Source of the DNA: a virus
DNA length: 64,000 nucleotides
Virus record (IMG/VR): IMGVR_UViG_3300027861_000018
Location: 22,269 to 86,268 of that record
Reading direction: 5' to 3' (one strand)
Below are positions 18,591 through 28,456 of this stretch, in pieces. The notes under the pieces are model-generated. The model did not search any database. It saw only the letters and a program-made list of their open reading frames with translations, and was not told the origin of the DNA. Numbering within the stretch: the stretch's first letter is position 1; every line of letters starts with the position of its first letter. The position numbers and the translations under genes are program-made.

Positions 18591-18965
18591 TCAGGGCTGG
18601 TCGTGCGATGATGAGCCATTGTTGCTGAGCTGGACATACATCCCTGCCCCTGCGCCGATGACTGCGACGATCAAGGCAACGATGAGGCCGCCTGCGATGC
18701 GGCGCCACATTGATGCCGAGTCACCGGCAACCTTGTCTCGCTCTTTCTTTTGACCCTCAAACTCAGCTTTCCACAGCAAGACATCTTGTTGGAGGCTCTC
18801 AATGTGATCAACCTTCTTCTGGACTCTGTCGAAATTGGGTATGCTCCCGCCCAACTCCCCAACGCTAGTCTTGACTGAATTCAGATCAGAGCCTAGCAAT
18901 TCAATCTTGTCGCCAATGCGGCGCTCCACTTCGCCCAACGCTTTGTGGAAATCAGCTTCAGTCAT
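18591..18965 (-). CDS. Coiled-coil protein with C-terminal transmembrane helix (possible holin or lysis accessory)
   Basis: IAGGLIVALIVAVIGAGAGMYV segment; adjacent to the endolysin. Start is uncertain (ORF open to 19109). Confidence 0.5.
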   Translation of the reverse strand: MTEADFHKALGEVERRIGDKIELLGSDLNSVKTSVGELGGSIPNFDRVQKKVDHIESLQQDVLLWKAEFEGQKKERDKVAGDSASMWRRIAGGLIVALIVAVIGAGAGMYVQLSNNGSSSHDQP

Positions 18966-19177
18966 TTTGAATCCCAGCAAATTGCTGTTGCGCCCAAACT
19001 CAGGCGTGATCTTGGCGACACGGTGTCGCTGCTCCACTATTCCCAATGGTTCGATGGCTGACATTATGCATTCCATTTGTTGGCAAGTTTGATATGACAG
19101 CCGCCCCACCCTGCCATTAACTCTATCTGAATTTCAGGTAAGGAGGGCTACGGAGCGCGACTGTACCAGATTTGGAT

Positions 19178-20029
19178 TCAGTGACACTGATCCGTGGGCC
19201 TGCCACTATCCGTCCACACGCGGTGCGCCTTGGCAAGCTCAACGGCTGTCATCACGTCGCGCCAACCTGTGTCATGAGCACGGCTGGACTTCTGGAACTC
19301 AACTAGAGCAATGCGAGACTTGGCACCCCAAGAGCCATCCACCCCATCTTGGTTCGGGCCATACGCTCCCAAATCATACCCCAAGTCCACGAGGCGCTGC
19401 TGCCACTCACGATCAGTCTTGGGCACCTTCACGCCACGCGCACGCCTATCCTCAACCCACCTCTGGAGGCGCTTGCCTGGGCAATTCTCCTTTCCGAAGT
19501 GGTAGTGGCCATAAGTCTGAGCAGAATCAAGTCCCAGGATGAACGCGAGAGCGTCTGTCGTCCTCTCCAAGGTTGAGAGCTGGGCTTGGCTTGGACCGCG
19601 GCTGGCGCCCTTGTAGCTGACCCCGGTGAAGTCGCCAAGGACGCACAACGCCAGAAAGTTGTGATTGGCTCTGGTGCCCGGGACGGGATTTGTTCTGCCT
19701 CCCTGACTCCAGGTGATGTCCTCCAGGTCATTCACAATGTGAAGGACGCCATCAGAATCGATGATGGCGAAGTACAGCGCACGCGGTGCGCCTGTGGCGC
19801 TGACGTGATTGGGCCCAATGTGATATTTGTTGATGCCGTCGGAGGTGCCTGTGCCAGCTGATTGGTGCACCACGATGCCCTGGATGGCGCTCTGACCTTC
19901 CTCTGCTGCGGCACGCACCAGGCGACGGGCGAAGTGCTTGCTGCTGTGTCGGGGCAACTCGCTGCGTCGGTCCACAGCGTGGGGCACCTTGGACAGCAGT
20001 ACGTCGATGAGGTCATTGCGAGTGGTCAT
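19178..20029 (-). CDS. Endolysin: N-acetylmuramoyl-L-alanine amidase plus peptidoglycan-binding domain
   Basis: IVVHQSAG and YGHYHFGKENCPG (Amidase_2-type Zn ligands); WQQRLVDLGYD...VDGSWGAKSRIALVEFQ; GAGGAG before the ATG at 20029. Confidence 0.88.
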   Translation of the reverse strand: MTTRNDLIDVLLSKVPHAVDRRSELPRHSSKHFARRLVRAAAEEGQSAIQGIVVHQSAGTGTSDGINKYHIGPNHVSATGAPRALYFAIIDSDGVLHIVNDLEDITWSQGGRTNPVPGTRANHNFLALCVLGDFTGVSYKGASRGPSQAQLSTLERTTDALAFILGLDSAQTYGHYHFGKENCPGKRLQRWVEDRRARGVKVPKTDREWQQRLVDLGYDLGAYGPNQDGVDGSWGAKSRIALVEFQKSSRAHDTGWRDVMTAVELAKAHRVWTDSGRPTDQCH

Positions 20030-20108
20030 GGTATCTCCTCTGGCCACCTCCTGCGCATCAAAGAGGTGTGCTTGGGTATCGGTGTGGTTGCGGGCGCCTG
20101 AGCGCCCT

Positions 20109-20396
20109 CTAGGCAGACGGAGGTGCGGCCGTGGTGCAGTAGGCGTGGATGAGATGGCGCCACGCTTCCGTCAGGACTGTGCGCTGGTCTTGCACCGCTC
20201 GCGCCTTGAGCGTGAGCTGATCGACCCTTGCCTGCTGGGCCCTGAGATTGTGCTCTGCGAGGGCGAGGTCAGATGTGACACCCTCATGCGTTGCTCGCAG
20301 ATTCCGCATCATGCCAGCGACCGCCGCCAAGTGATCTGGCGGCTCGACAGTGTATCGTTCCAACTCTTGGGCAGTCACTTGCAATGACTTTGACAT
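20109..20396 (-). CDS. Small coiled-coil hypothetical protein
   Basis: 95 aa, good AGGAGG RBS, downstream of the tailspike. Confidence 0.6.
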   Translation of the reverse strand: MSKSLQVTAQELERYTVEPPDHLAAVAGMMRNLRATHEGVTSDLALAEHNLRAQQARVDQLTLKARAVQDQRTVLTEAWRHLIHAYCTTAAPPSA

Positions 20397-20432
20397 TGAT
20401 CCTCCTGTGCCATGAGACCAGATGAGGGTGGG

Positions 20433-23400
20433 TCAGGCGATGTTGTTGCCATTTGAATAGGTGTTAGTTCCATTGTCTGTGAGCGATGCGCCGGTATACT
20501 TGTTGCCAACGATGGTCGTTTCATCGGCTCCCGCATCAATCACAATCGTGCTCGTGAGCCGATTCCCAACCAGCACAGTCTCATCACCGTCAAGCGCGAG
20601 CGCGCCATCAAAGTGATTGCCGACCAGCGCAACTTCGCTTGCCGCTGACTCAATGGTGGTGGTGCCGTCAAACACATTACCTGTCAGCGCGCACTGATCG
20701 CCGTCGAAATCAAAGGTGGCGTCAAACACATTCCCAACCAGCGTGTTCTGATCATCCGTGCCGCCATCATTGAAGTCAGCATTGCCTGTCACCCTATTGC
20801 CAACAAACGTTGCGAAGTCCAGTGTGGCAGTGACCGTGCTATCAAACACATTCCCGGACACCGAGCCGTCAGCAATGGTCAAAGCTGCTGCGCCAGAGAC
20901 GCTGTTGCCCGTCAGAGCTGAATTGGTGGTGCCGTCCCACGTCAGCGCACCCATGCGATTACCGACACACGTGCCATTGGCTGACGCCATGTCAACGGCG
21001 CCATTGCCGAAGTTGCCCAAGAAGGACATGCCCACGGTGACACCCGGACCATCATACAGGCTGGTTGTACTTGGAGCCAAATTGCCCATCACAACCCAGG
21101 ACGTAGCGCCAGTGCGTGCCTCGACCGCGATGGGGGAGCCGCTTGACGTCTCGACGATATTGCCGCTGATGACGTGCTGATCGCCAGCAGCCGTGACGCC
21201 AATGGCATCAACCAAGCTGGCCTGAATTATGTTGTTGTTGACAACAACTTGGGCTGCGCCATTGGTGTCGATTCCGATGTCACCGACGCGCATGATGTTG
21301 TTGCTGATGATGACCTGCTCGATGCTCCCCGCCGTCTCCAGCAACTCCACGCCAATCCCGACCTCGACGATGAGATTGCCCTGGATGAATATGCATTTAG
21401 CGTCTGCCGTGCTGCCCGTCTCAATGAGGATGCCCACAAGGGCAGCAGTGGTGACGTCATCTCCAACAATAGTATTCCCCAAGATGAAGATGCCATTGCC
21501 GTGCGGTCCGATGGGGGAGTCATCGGGCTTGATGTAGATCACCGCTGCTGCGGCTGCGCCTGCGCCATAGTTGGATGTGAAGCGATTGTTGTGGATGCGA
21601 AGGTTGTTCACATCACTGCCTGATGCCCAGTCCCCCACCTCAATCGCAGAGGTGTCGGCGGCCATGTCGAAGTCGAAATCATTGTCATGGGCATACAGGT
21701 TGGAGCAACCTTCTGACATGGCCAGCAGCTCAGCATTGATTGAATCAATGTCATTGTGCGCCAATGTGACCTTGTCAGCACTGCCTGTCACTTGAATGAT
21801 GCCGCCCGGGTTGCCGGTCGGGATGGTGGTTGCGTTCTGCGAGCCGCGGCAGCCGATGAAGCTCACCAAGCTGATGTCAGAGGTTGACCAGAGCACAGCC
21901 CCCTCTGTGTGGATGATGCAGTTCTCGAAACGGATGTTGTCAATGGCATTTGAATCAGTGCCAATGTTGTTGATGATGCCCGGGAAAGCATTGCCAACGT
22001 CGCTGCCGCCGATGAATGTGCACCCCTGGAATGACAAGCCGCTGATGTCCCGCTGCTCTGCCGCGCTGTTGGTCAGCGCCTTGATCCACGCATCTTCATC
22101 ATCCGTCGATGTGCCGGTGTAATTGAAGGTGACGCCCTCGAAAGTCCACCCGGTAATTGCTGTTGCTGCCGGCATCTCAAACAAGGAAGCGTCTGCGCTG
22201 AATGTGATCCTGGCGCCACTTACGTCGTCTGGCGACGTGTCGAAACCAGTGTGTTGGAACTTTGTCCCTAACCCGCGGAAAGTGACGTTGGACGGGTAGT
22301 GGGCTGCGCGGTCCAGAGCGGATGCGATTGTGATGTCATCCACAATTTCAATAATGGCCTTGAGCTTGTCTGTCCCTTGCTGCAAAGAGTAGATGCGCGA
22401 CAAGGCCGCTTCCAAAGTACGATATGCGGTGCGGTGATCATTGTTGTCCGACACCTGGAGCACGATTGGCTCGTTGAACTCTTGGATGCGGCGCGCCACC
22501 AGATTCCCGACCGTGCCCACCACGTTCCCACTTCCGTCCACAACGAAGTGCAGGTATGGCGTGCGCCCGCCCTGGTTGGCAGCGTCCCAGGTGTCATATG
22601 CTTCGAACACCTTGGTGACCGGGTTCCACGTGATCCACACATCGCTGGTCGTGTATGCCCAGGTGATGACCTGCGAATTGGCGCTGACCAGAAGGCGGCC
22701 GCCTGTGAAGACTTCTCCTGTGCTCGTGATCGTGATGTCGGCCGTGTTCACGGTGCCCGTTGGCACAGTGATCCACCCCTTGGTGAGCAGTTCATCAAAC
22801 AAGTCACTGACTTCCCCAAGTGGAGTCATGATTGTCTGACCGCTGTCAACAAATGTGCGCGGCGCACCGCCCCCAGCAATGGTCCCAATGAAGGCGTGGG
22901 CGGCCAGGCTCTGGACCGTGCTTGACCTCGTGATGATGGGGCCCATGATGGCGACACGATAATCGCCAACGGTCGTCGATACAGTCGACTGCCCAAGCAC
23001 GCCAGTGGTAGTGATCTCATCGCCGCCGGCCCCGCCTATGACAACCGCTTCAACCGCAGTCGCATATGAAGTGGATTCAGGGCTAACGAGCCAGACAATG
23101 GCGGTGCGGCCGGTGAAGTCATCAGAAGCATGCAACAGGTGGTCGCCGAGGGTGATTGTGATCGACCCTCCGTTGTCCACCACAGCAGTTGGCGCATCCA
23201 GTTGACACAACTCCAAGTCTGTGTAGTCATACTTGGCAGTGCCGTCGGCCTGGTTGACAGCCATCGCTTTTGGCACTTGGCCTGTGGATGCTGCGACATA
23301 ATAGGTGGTAGCCGCATCTTCAAACGGCACCTCATCCAGATATGTCGAGCCAGCCTCATCGCTGATCATATTCCCCTGACCATCCACGCCATACATGTCG

Positions 23401-23615
23401 CCAAAATCAATGTGATTGGCGCCAGTGCCATCAGCCATGGTGACTGGCGTCCACCACGCCCCAACGTCTGCTGCCGCCGCCTCCCCTGTGGTCATGGCCT
23501 TGGTGTGGCGCTTGACCCCCTCTTCCAGGTAATCCAAGAAGCGGTCGCCAAGGTCTGAAGAGCCTATCACGCGACGGGTGAACAGGTTGATGCGTGAGGC
23601 GTTTGTGACTGGCAT
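20433..23615 (-). CDS. Tailspike/tail fibre with right-handed beta-helix (pectin-lyase-like) domain
   Basis: 1060 aa at the end of the baseplate operon; many xxGN/xxNN beta-helix rungs (ILGNTI, IQGNLI, ISNNIM, LVGNVF). Confidence 0.8.
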   Translation of the reverse strand: MPVTNASRINLFTRRVIGSSDLGDRFLDYLEEGVKRHTKAMTTGEAAAADVGAWWTPVTMADGTGANHIDFGDMYGVDGQGNMISDEAGSTYLDEVPFEDAATTYYVAASTGQVPKAMAVNQADGTAKYDYTDLELCQLDAPTAVVDNGGSITITLGDHLLHASDDFTGRTAIVWLVSPESTSYATAVEAVVIGGAGGDEITTTGVLGQSTVSTTVGDYRVAIMGPIITRSSTVQSLAAHAFIGTIAGGGAPRTFVDSGQTIMTPLGEVSDLFDELLTKGWITVPTGTVNTADITITSTGEVFTGGRLLVSANSQVITWAYTTSDVWITWNPVTKVFEAYDTWDAANQGGRTPYLHFVVDGSGNVVGTVGNLVARRIQEFNEPIVLQVSDNNDHRTAYRTLEAALSRIYSLQQGTDKLKAIIEIVDDITIASALDRAAHYPSNVTFRGLGTKFQHTGFDTSPDDVSGARITFSADASLFEMPAATAITGWTFEGVTFNYTGTSTDDEDAWIKALTNSAAEQRDISGLSFQGCTFIGGSDVGNAFPGIINNIGTDSNAIDNIRFENCIIHTEGAVLWSTSDISLVSFIGCRGSQNATTIPTGNPGGIIQVTGSADKVTLAHNDIDSINAELLAMSEGCSNLYAHDNDFDFDMAADTSAIEVGDWASGSDVNNLRIHNNRFTSNYGAGAAAAAVIYIKPDDSPIGPHGNGIFILGNTIVGDDVTTAALVGILIETGSTADAKCIFIQGNLIVEVGIGVELLETAGSIEQVIISNNIMRVGDIGIDTNGAAQVVVNNNIIQASLVDAIGVTAAGDQHVISGNIVETSSGSPIAVEARTGATSWVVMGNLAPSTTSLYDGPGVTVGMSFLGNFGNGAVDMASANGTCVGNRMGALTWDGTTNSALTGNSVSGAAALTIADGSVSGNVFDSTVTATLDFATFVGNRVTGNADFNDGGTDDQNTLVGNVFDATFDFDGDQCALTGNVFDGTTTIESAASEVALVGNHFDGALALDGDETVLVGNRLTSTIVIDAGADETTIVGNKYTGASLTDNGTNTYSNGNNIA

Positions 23616-25339
23616 TACAATTTCTCCACAAGGATGCGCATATCGTCAACATACCAGCCTTCATCAGAGCCGGAATGCGATACCAATGGATTGAACTGGA
23701 AGCGGATGTTCAGGGTGGCTTCTGCTGCGGCCCAGGTCGTAATATCCAAGCGCTTGCGCTCCCATCCAGTTGATGGGGCTGAGCCAACAGTTTCAGCCTT
23801 GGTGTAAGTCTTCAGCGCTGTACTACCAGACAAGATGATCACAAAAGCATCATCCTCGCCGCCGGCATAGCTGATCGCAGTGTATTGCCACCATTCCAAC
23901 CATATCCGGTGATCCGTGGCATTGTAAGCAGAGAGGTCCAGCGTGCTGCCGGTGGTCGCGTTGTTGTTCGCCACCGCAATGTCGTGGTCACCAGCCGTGC
24001 CCCAGGTGTGATAGCCTGACTCCCCCTGTCCGCAATACGCGGCTTCCGAACTGGACCTGTATCTGAAGCTAGTCACATGCCAATCGGCCGTGACCGTCCA
24101 GTTGTTCCAATCAGTCCACAGCGCCGGAGTCACGTCTGCCCAGATGGGGATTGAGGTGCCGGGCTCGGCGTCCCGCGTTGCGTCCCCCGCCTCTATTGTA
24201 TCGCAGTAAAGCGGGTGGCCAAACATGATTACGTTATCCACGCTCATGACGGCCGTGGTGGCAGCATAGCCGATGGCGCCCAAGACCAATGCTGCCGTCT
24301 CTGCGACAGTCATCAGATAATCGACCTCTTCGACTCCATCCACCAACACCTTGATGCGCTTCTGAATTGAATTCTCATCCAGGATGTGGATGACTATGCC
24401 CACCGGGTCAGCAATCGGGATTGCGGTGACGCCAGTATCCAAGTTGGATGAAACGGAGCTAACTGTCTGGTCCAAAGACCAAGTTGTGGTGCTGAGCGTG
24501 AAGGCCAAGCAATCAGCTGGCGCTGATGCGCCATCCCACATGAAATAGATGGTACAGGCTGTGAGCGATGTGAAGGTGAAGCTGCTCACCAAAGTAAATG
24601 TAGCGAGCGCATCGAGCCCAATCACATTGGCCTCAATCACGGCCCCTGTCGGCACCAGCATCTTGAAATTAGTGTCATCCCACGTAGGCTCTGTGCCTGA
24701 CACCAAGCTCCACTTGGTGACATCAAGCTGGAAGTCATCCACAAGGTCAGCATAGCAAACTTGGATTGCCTCTCCCATCGGACGGTTGAGCTGGACGATG
24801 TCGTGAATCAACTCTCTGTCTGTGCCATCTTCATCCATGATCCAGCAGATGGACAGGTGCTCGTCCCGATCACCATAGGTTTGGCCGACAAGCCATGGGT
24901 CAATCCCTCCAATCCCCTTGTACCAGAAGCCGCTTTGATCTGTCTCGATTCGCATATAAAACCAAGACCAATACACCACATCGCGACCGGTGAACAGACG
25001 CACGGCATTCTTGATTCCAGTCGGCGTCCCCTTCTGCTTCCACAGCTGCGCTGAAAGACGAAGCACCTTGCGCTTCTGCGCCTCGGTAAGGTCGGCAACA
25101 ATGTGCTTCACGGGCGTGGACCATCCCACAGCCCACAGCAGATAATCCAAGGCCCAAGCTGGGCAGGTGTCGAGGTCGAACAGCTGGAGCAGAGACCCTT
25201 GATCACTCTGCGTCTGTTCGAATGCCTCCTGAACGCCGCCCACATAGCCTTCCAGGATGCCACTGTCATCGGCATCGCGCAATGGCTTGATCAGGAAACG
25301 ATATACATCGTGCGGGAAGTCAGGATCAATGGTCGACAT
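23615..25339 (-). CDS. Baseplate wedge protein (P2 gpI-like) with C-terminal beta-sandwich domains
   Basis: LDTCPAWALDYLLWAVGW...LWKQKGTPTGIKNAVRLFTG; C-terminal IRFQF...EGWYVDD. Confidence 0.8.
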   Translation of the reverse strand: MSTIDPDFPHDVYRFLIKPLRDADDSGILEGYVGGVQEAFEQTQSDQGSLLQLFDLDTCPAWALDYLLWAVGWSTPVKHIVADLTEAQKRKVLRLSAQLWKQKGTPTGIKNAVRLFTGRDVVYWSWFYMRIETDQSGFWYKGIGGIDPWLVGQTYGDRDEHLSICWIMDEDGTDRELIHDIVQLNRPMGEAIQVCYADLVDDFQLDVTKWSLVSGTEPTWDDTNFKMLVPTGAVIEANVIGLDALATFTLVSSFTFTSLTACTIYFMWDGASAPADCLAFTLSTTTWSLDQTVSSVSSNLDTGVTAIPIADPVGIVIHILDENSIQKRIKVLVDGVEEVDYLMTVAETAALVLGAIGYAATTAVMSVDNVIMFGHPLYCDTIEAGDATRDAEPGTSIPIWADVTPALWTDWNNWTVTADWHVTSFRYRSSSEAAYCGQGESGYHTWGTAGDHDIAVANNNATTGSTLDLSAYNATDHRIWLEWWQYTAISYAGGEDDAFVIILSGSTALKTYTKAETVGSAPSTGWERKRLDITTWAAAEATLNIRFQFNPLVSHSGSDEGWYVDDMRILVEKL

Positions 25340-27492
25340 CAGGTCACCGTGATTGTGAGCGTGCCCTTGGACGGCAAGCCATCCGCTGGGACAGCCGTTG
25401 GCGCAGCGGGTAGCGTCATCGTCACTGAAGTGATATCGCTGGAAGTGTTGTAGATGGCAGCCAGCACCTTGCCGTCAGGGACATCTTGACCATAGTCCCA
25501 CGTGTAAGTCAGATCATCATCATCCAGCGCGAGCGGGTTGAGTAAGCCGGTCAGTGCTGTCTCAATCGACTCCTGATTACCTCCCGCAACTGTGGCAGTG
25601 ACAGCGACGGGGACCAAGGTGGCGTTGCGCACATAGACCAGCTGATTGGCAACCATCACGCCGGATGTGCCTTTGCCCGCATCCCCGTTGAAGTATTCTT
25701 CCAGCTCCAGGCGATGGGCGCTTGTGACGGCGCCACCATCTGGTCCGATGACGTACAGCGTGACCGTCTTGGCGCCATATGCCCCCTCTATTGCCTTAGC
25801 GCGTTTGAATGGAAAGACGCCGCTGGCTGCCGCAAACTGCGTTGCCAGGAACTCTGCATCCTCTGGCGCTACTGCGCGCGACATAGCGCGAAGGTCTGCT
25901 GGCCCCTCCAGCTTGACCAATTCCAAGTCTGCTGCCACAGAGCCGCGCTTGGCGACCCAGCCAGAAGTTGGCGCCGGGTTGAACACCTTCCGCACAAAAG
26001 CCAACCCGCCTCTGATGCGGCTAACCATGGAGGCTCCAACATTCCCATCCGTATTTGCGTCCGTGCGATACACGGCGGCAATGGTTGAGGATGTCGGCGG
26101 GATGGCGCCGTTGATGCCGTCCCCGAAAGTGACTGTGGCAACCCCGTCACTGTCTATCGCAGTTCTGTAATGCTTGTCGATGGAATTGCTGTTGAGGAAG
26201 TTGGTGACCTCTGCCCAGGACAAAGTTGCTACGGTGATTGCGATAGTGCCATCAATGACGTCATCATTGCCCAAGGTGAAGGCCTGAGACTGCGACCCGT
26301 CACTGACGCCCAAGCTGGCCGTGGTGCGCGTGCGGCCCTGCGTGACAGCCACCTCCGCATAGAGATTGCCCTGATCCCACTCGATGATGTCGAAGTTTGG
26401 CGGCGTTGGGGATGACACGCTGTACACATAGAAGCGGATGAAGTAGCCGGTGAATCCATTGAGGGCAACCTTGTCCCAATCCAGAGCCGCTGTCTTTGGC
26501 AAAGTCCAGCTGAGGTCGCCATCGGCTGTGAGGTCAGTCGTCTCATCGTCAATGCCTGGCGCATCGTACCAATGAGACCCTACTGTGTAATCTGTGACCG
26601 TGGTTGACGGCGTTGTCTGACCCAAGAATCCGGTTGTGAGGACGTAGTTGTTGACCCCATCCCAGACAATCGCCACCTCTTCGCTGGCGCCTGTCGGATT
26701 GTACTCCACCGTCACGAGCCTGCCAGCCCTGGAGGCATTCGGGCTCAAGCCCAACAAGGTATCCACCACGACCTTGAGCTGCGTCCCTGCTGTGGCTACG
26801 CTGTCCGGCTGATCATCATCCACATCAGTCTTGTACACTTCCCAGACGCCCGTCACGCCTGCCATGGCTGTCTGCAGGTCTGTGAGCTTGATCTTGTTGG
26901 ACATGACGCTAGAATGGCCCAAGGCCAAATAGTCACCTGCCGCAGGAACGGCAGGCAACCCATCCCAGTAACTTGTGGATGTGTAGCTCGCCACAGTGTT
27001 GTCCGCAAATGAAGCGCCATCTGCGTCATACACATACACCGCGCCAAACCGGTCCGTGCGGTCCACATCAACAGCAGCATCACCCTCAAACAACACTGGC
27101 GCCAAATCAGATGTGCGCTTGGTGCTGAACAGCGAATTGTCTTGCGCAATGGTCGTGGTTGAAGTGAAACTCTTGGTCAGTTGCAAGACCACAGAGCCCT
27201 TGGCCGGGATGTCGCCTGCGACCGTGTAGCCAATGAGCTTCATGTGCGCCACCAGCGAGTCGCGCAGCTGGGCCGTTGGCATCAAAGTCTCGTGAGCAAC
27301 AATGTCCAAATTCACATTGTTGTAATGCCCCACAAGCGCAAATGCGCGCAGCAGTTGAATCGCAGGGTCTGCCGGATTCTCTGTACTAATCTCCGACACA
27401 TTGGAGCGCAACCAAGCAACCAGCGCTTCCAACAATTGCGGATAATAACCGCCTGTCGGATAGCTGAAGTCAGGAACCTGAATTGTAGCCAT
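25339..27492 (-). CDS. Baseplate J/gp6-like wedge protein
   Basis: TAQLRDSLVAHMKLIGY; SDGSQSQAF; VTFGDGINGAIPP; RAVAPEDAEFLA. Confidence 0.85.
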   Translation of the reverse strand: MATIQVPDFSYPTGGYYPQLLEALVAWLRSNVSEISTENPADPAIQLLRAFALVGHYNNVNLDIVAHETLMPTAQLRDSLVAHMKLIGYTVAGDIPAKGSVVLQLTKSFTSTTTIAQDNSLFSTKRTSDLAPVLFEGDAAVDVDRTDRFGAVYVYDADGASFADNTVASYTSTSYWDGLPAVPAAGDYLALGHSSVMSNKIKLTDLQTAMAGVTGVWEVYKTDVDDDQPDSVATAGTQLKVVVDTLLGLSPNASRAGRLVTVEYNPTGASEEVAIVWDGVNNYVLTTGFLGQTTPSTTVTDYTVGSHWYDAPGIDDETTDLTADGDLSWTLPKTAALDWDKVALNGFTGYFIRFYVYSVSSPTPPNFDIIEWDQGNLYAEVAVTQGRTRTTASLGVSDGSQSQAFTLGNDDVIDGTIAITVATLSWAEVTNFLNSNSIDKHYRTAIDSDGVATVTFGDGINGAIPPTSSTIAAVYRTDANTDGNVGASMVSRIRGGLAFVRKVFNPAPTSGWVAKRGSVAADLELVKLEGPADLRAMSRAVAPEDAEFLATQFAAASGVFPFKRAKAIEGAYGAKTVTLYVIGPDGGAVTSAHRLELEEYFNGDAGKGTSGVMVANQLVYVRNATLVPVAVTATVAGGNQESIETALTGLLNPLALDDDDLTYTWDYGQDVPDGKVLAAIYNTSSDITSVTMTLPAAPTAVPADGLPSKGTLTITVT

Positions 27493-27493
27493 C

Positions 27494-27895
27494 TCAGCCG
27501 TCTCCGCGCGCGATGGGGATATTGATGGCCAACTCCTCGTTGGACTCAATGCTGATGAACACCACATTCATGGTGTCGACTCCTTCCTCTGTCTTGTCGA
27601 AGCTGATTGACTTCAGCGTCGCCAAATTTGTGCGCTCCAGATACAGCCTGAACATCCGTCTCATCTTGCGTCGCACTTGGCCCTTCCACGCCGGATCAGA
27701 GCTGATCTGAAACACTGCTTCCAAGCCGATGCCCAAATCTTGGAATGGATTGTCGCTATCGCAATCAGCAGCATATGTGCGCACATACTGAAGGATGAGC
27801 TCATCGCCATACAAAACCTTTGCACCACCTTCTCCGCTAGCGGCAAAGGGAAGTGCAAGGCCACTAGCTTCACCTGCTACATTGGCATTAGGCAT
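27494..27895 (-). CDS. gp25/GPW-like baseplate wedge protein
   Basis: Size, position before the J-like gene, and GLALPF...NPFQDLGIG. Confidence 0.6.
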   Translation of the reverse strand: MPNANVAGEASGLALPFAASGEGGAKVLYGDELILQYVRTYAADCDSDNPFQDLGIGLEAVFQISSDPAWKGQVRRKMRRMFRLYLERTNLATLKSISFDKTEEGVDTMNVVFISIESNEELAINIPIARGDG

Positions 27896-27901
27896 GTGCG
27901 A

Positions 27902-28213
27902 TCAATCCAGTGGGCACTTGAGCGTCGGCAGAGACGGCAGGCTGGGGATAGGTATAGCCGGAAGCCCAATGAGAGGTAAAGCCAAAGTGGGCAGAGTAAT
28001 GTTGATGTCCACGTTCAGTGTTGGAAGACTCGGCAGTGACGGGATGGGAATAGCTGGCAAGCCAATCGTCGGTAGCGCCAAGGTGGGCAGGACAATGACA
28101 ATGTCGAGGTTGATTGTTGGCAGAGAGGGCAGTGCCGGGATGGGTATGGTTGGCAAGCCAATCGTCGGTAGCGCCAAGGTGGGCAGCGGTGGAAGGGCGC
28201 AGCGACTCCCCAT
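27902..28213 (-). CDS. Pro/Leu-rich protein with three 32-aa repeats
   Basis: TGATG coupling to the upstream gene; three LPTLALP(T/L)IGLP(T/A)IPIP(A/S)LPSLPT units; 36-bp identity at 28055-28090 and 28151-28186. Confidence 0.7.
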   Translation of the reverse strand: MGSRCALPPLPTLALPTIGLPTIPIPALPSLPTINLDIVIVLPTLALPTIGLPAIPIPSLPSLPTLNVDINITLPTLALPLIGLPAIPIPSLPSLPTLKCPLD

Positions 28214-28449
28214 CAGGCCACGCCTGTGATGATCCCGTCCGCGACTGTCACAGTATCCCCGTCGCCGTTGACGAAAGTCCCAGTCCAACCCGCTGGCGCA
28301 AACTCCTCGACGTGCACCTCAAGGGCATTGGCCACCGCCGTGAACAGCCCATCCTTGATTGCATCAGAGAGATCATCGTAATCAGTCCCGACAATGCTGG
28401 ACATCTGGGAATCAAATTCATCCCGCAAAGTGTCGCTCATGGCTCCCAT
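28213..28449 (-). CDS. Small baseplate/spike-associated protein
   Basis: C-terminal GWTGTFVNGDGDTVTVADGIITGV resembles spike/fibre tip motifs; lies directly after the spike gene. Confidence 0.55.
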   Translation of the reverse strand: MGAMSDTLRDEFDSQMSSIVGTDYDDLSDAIKDGLFTAVANALEVHVEEFAPAGWTGTFVNGDGDTVTVADGIITGVA

Positions 28450-28456
28450 GCTGACC

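Noticed and set aside
20433-23615. Diversity-generating retroelement target in the tailspike
   Set aside because: No reverse transcriptase or template/variable repeat pair seen in this window.
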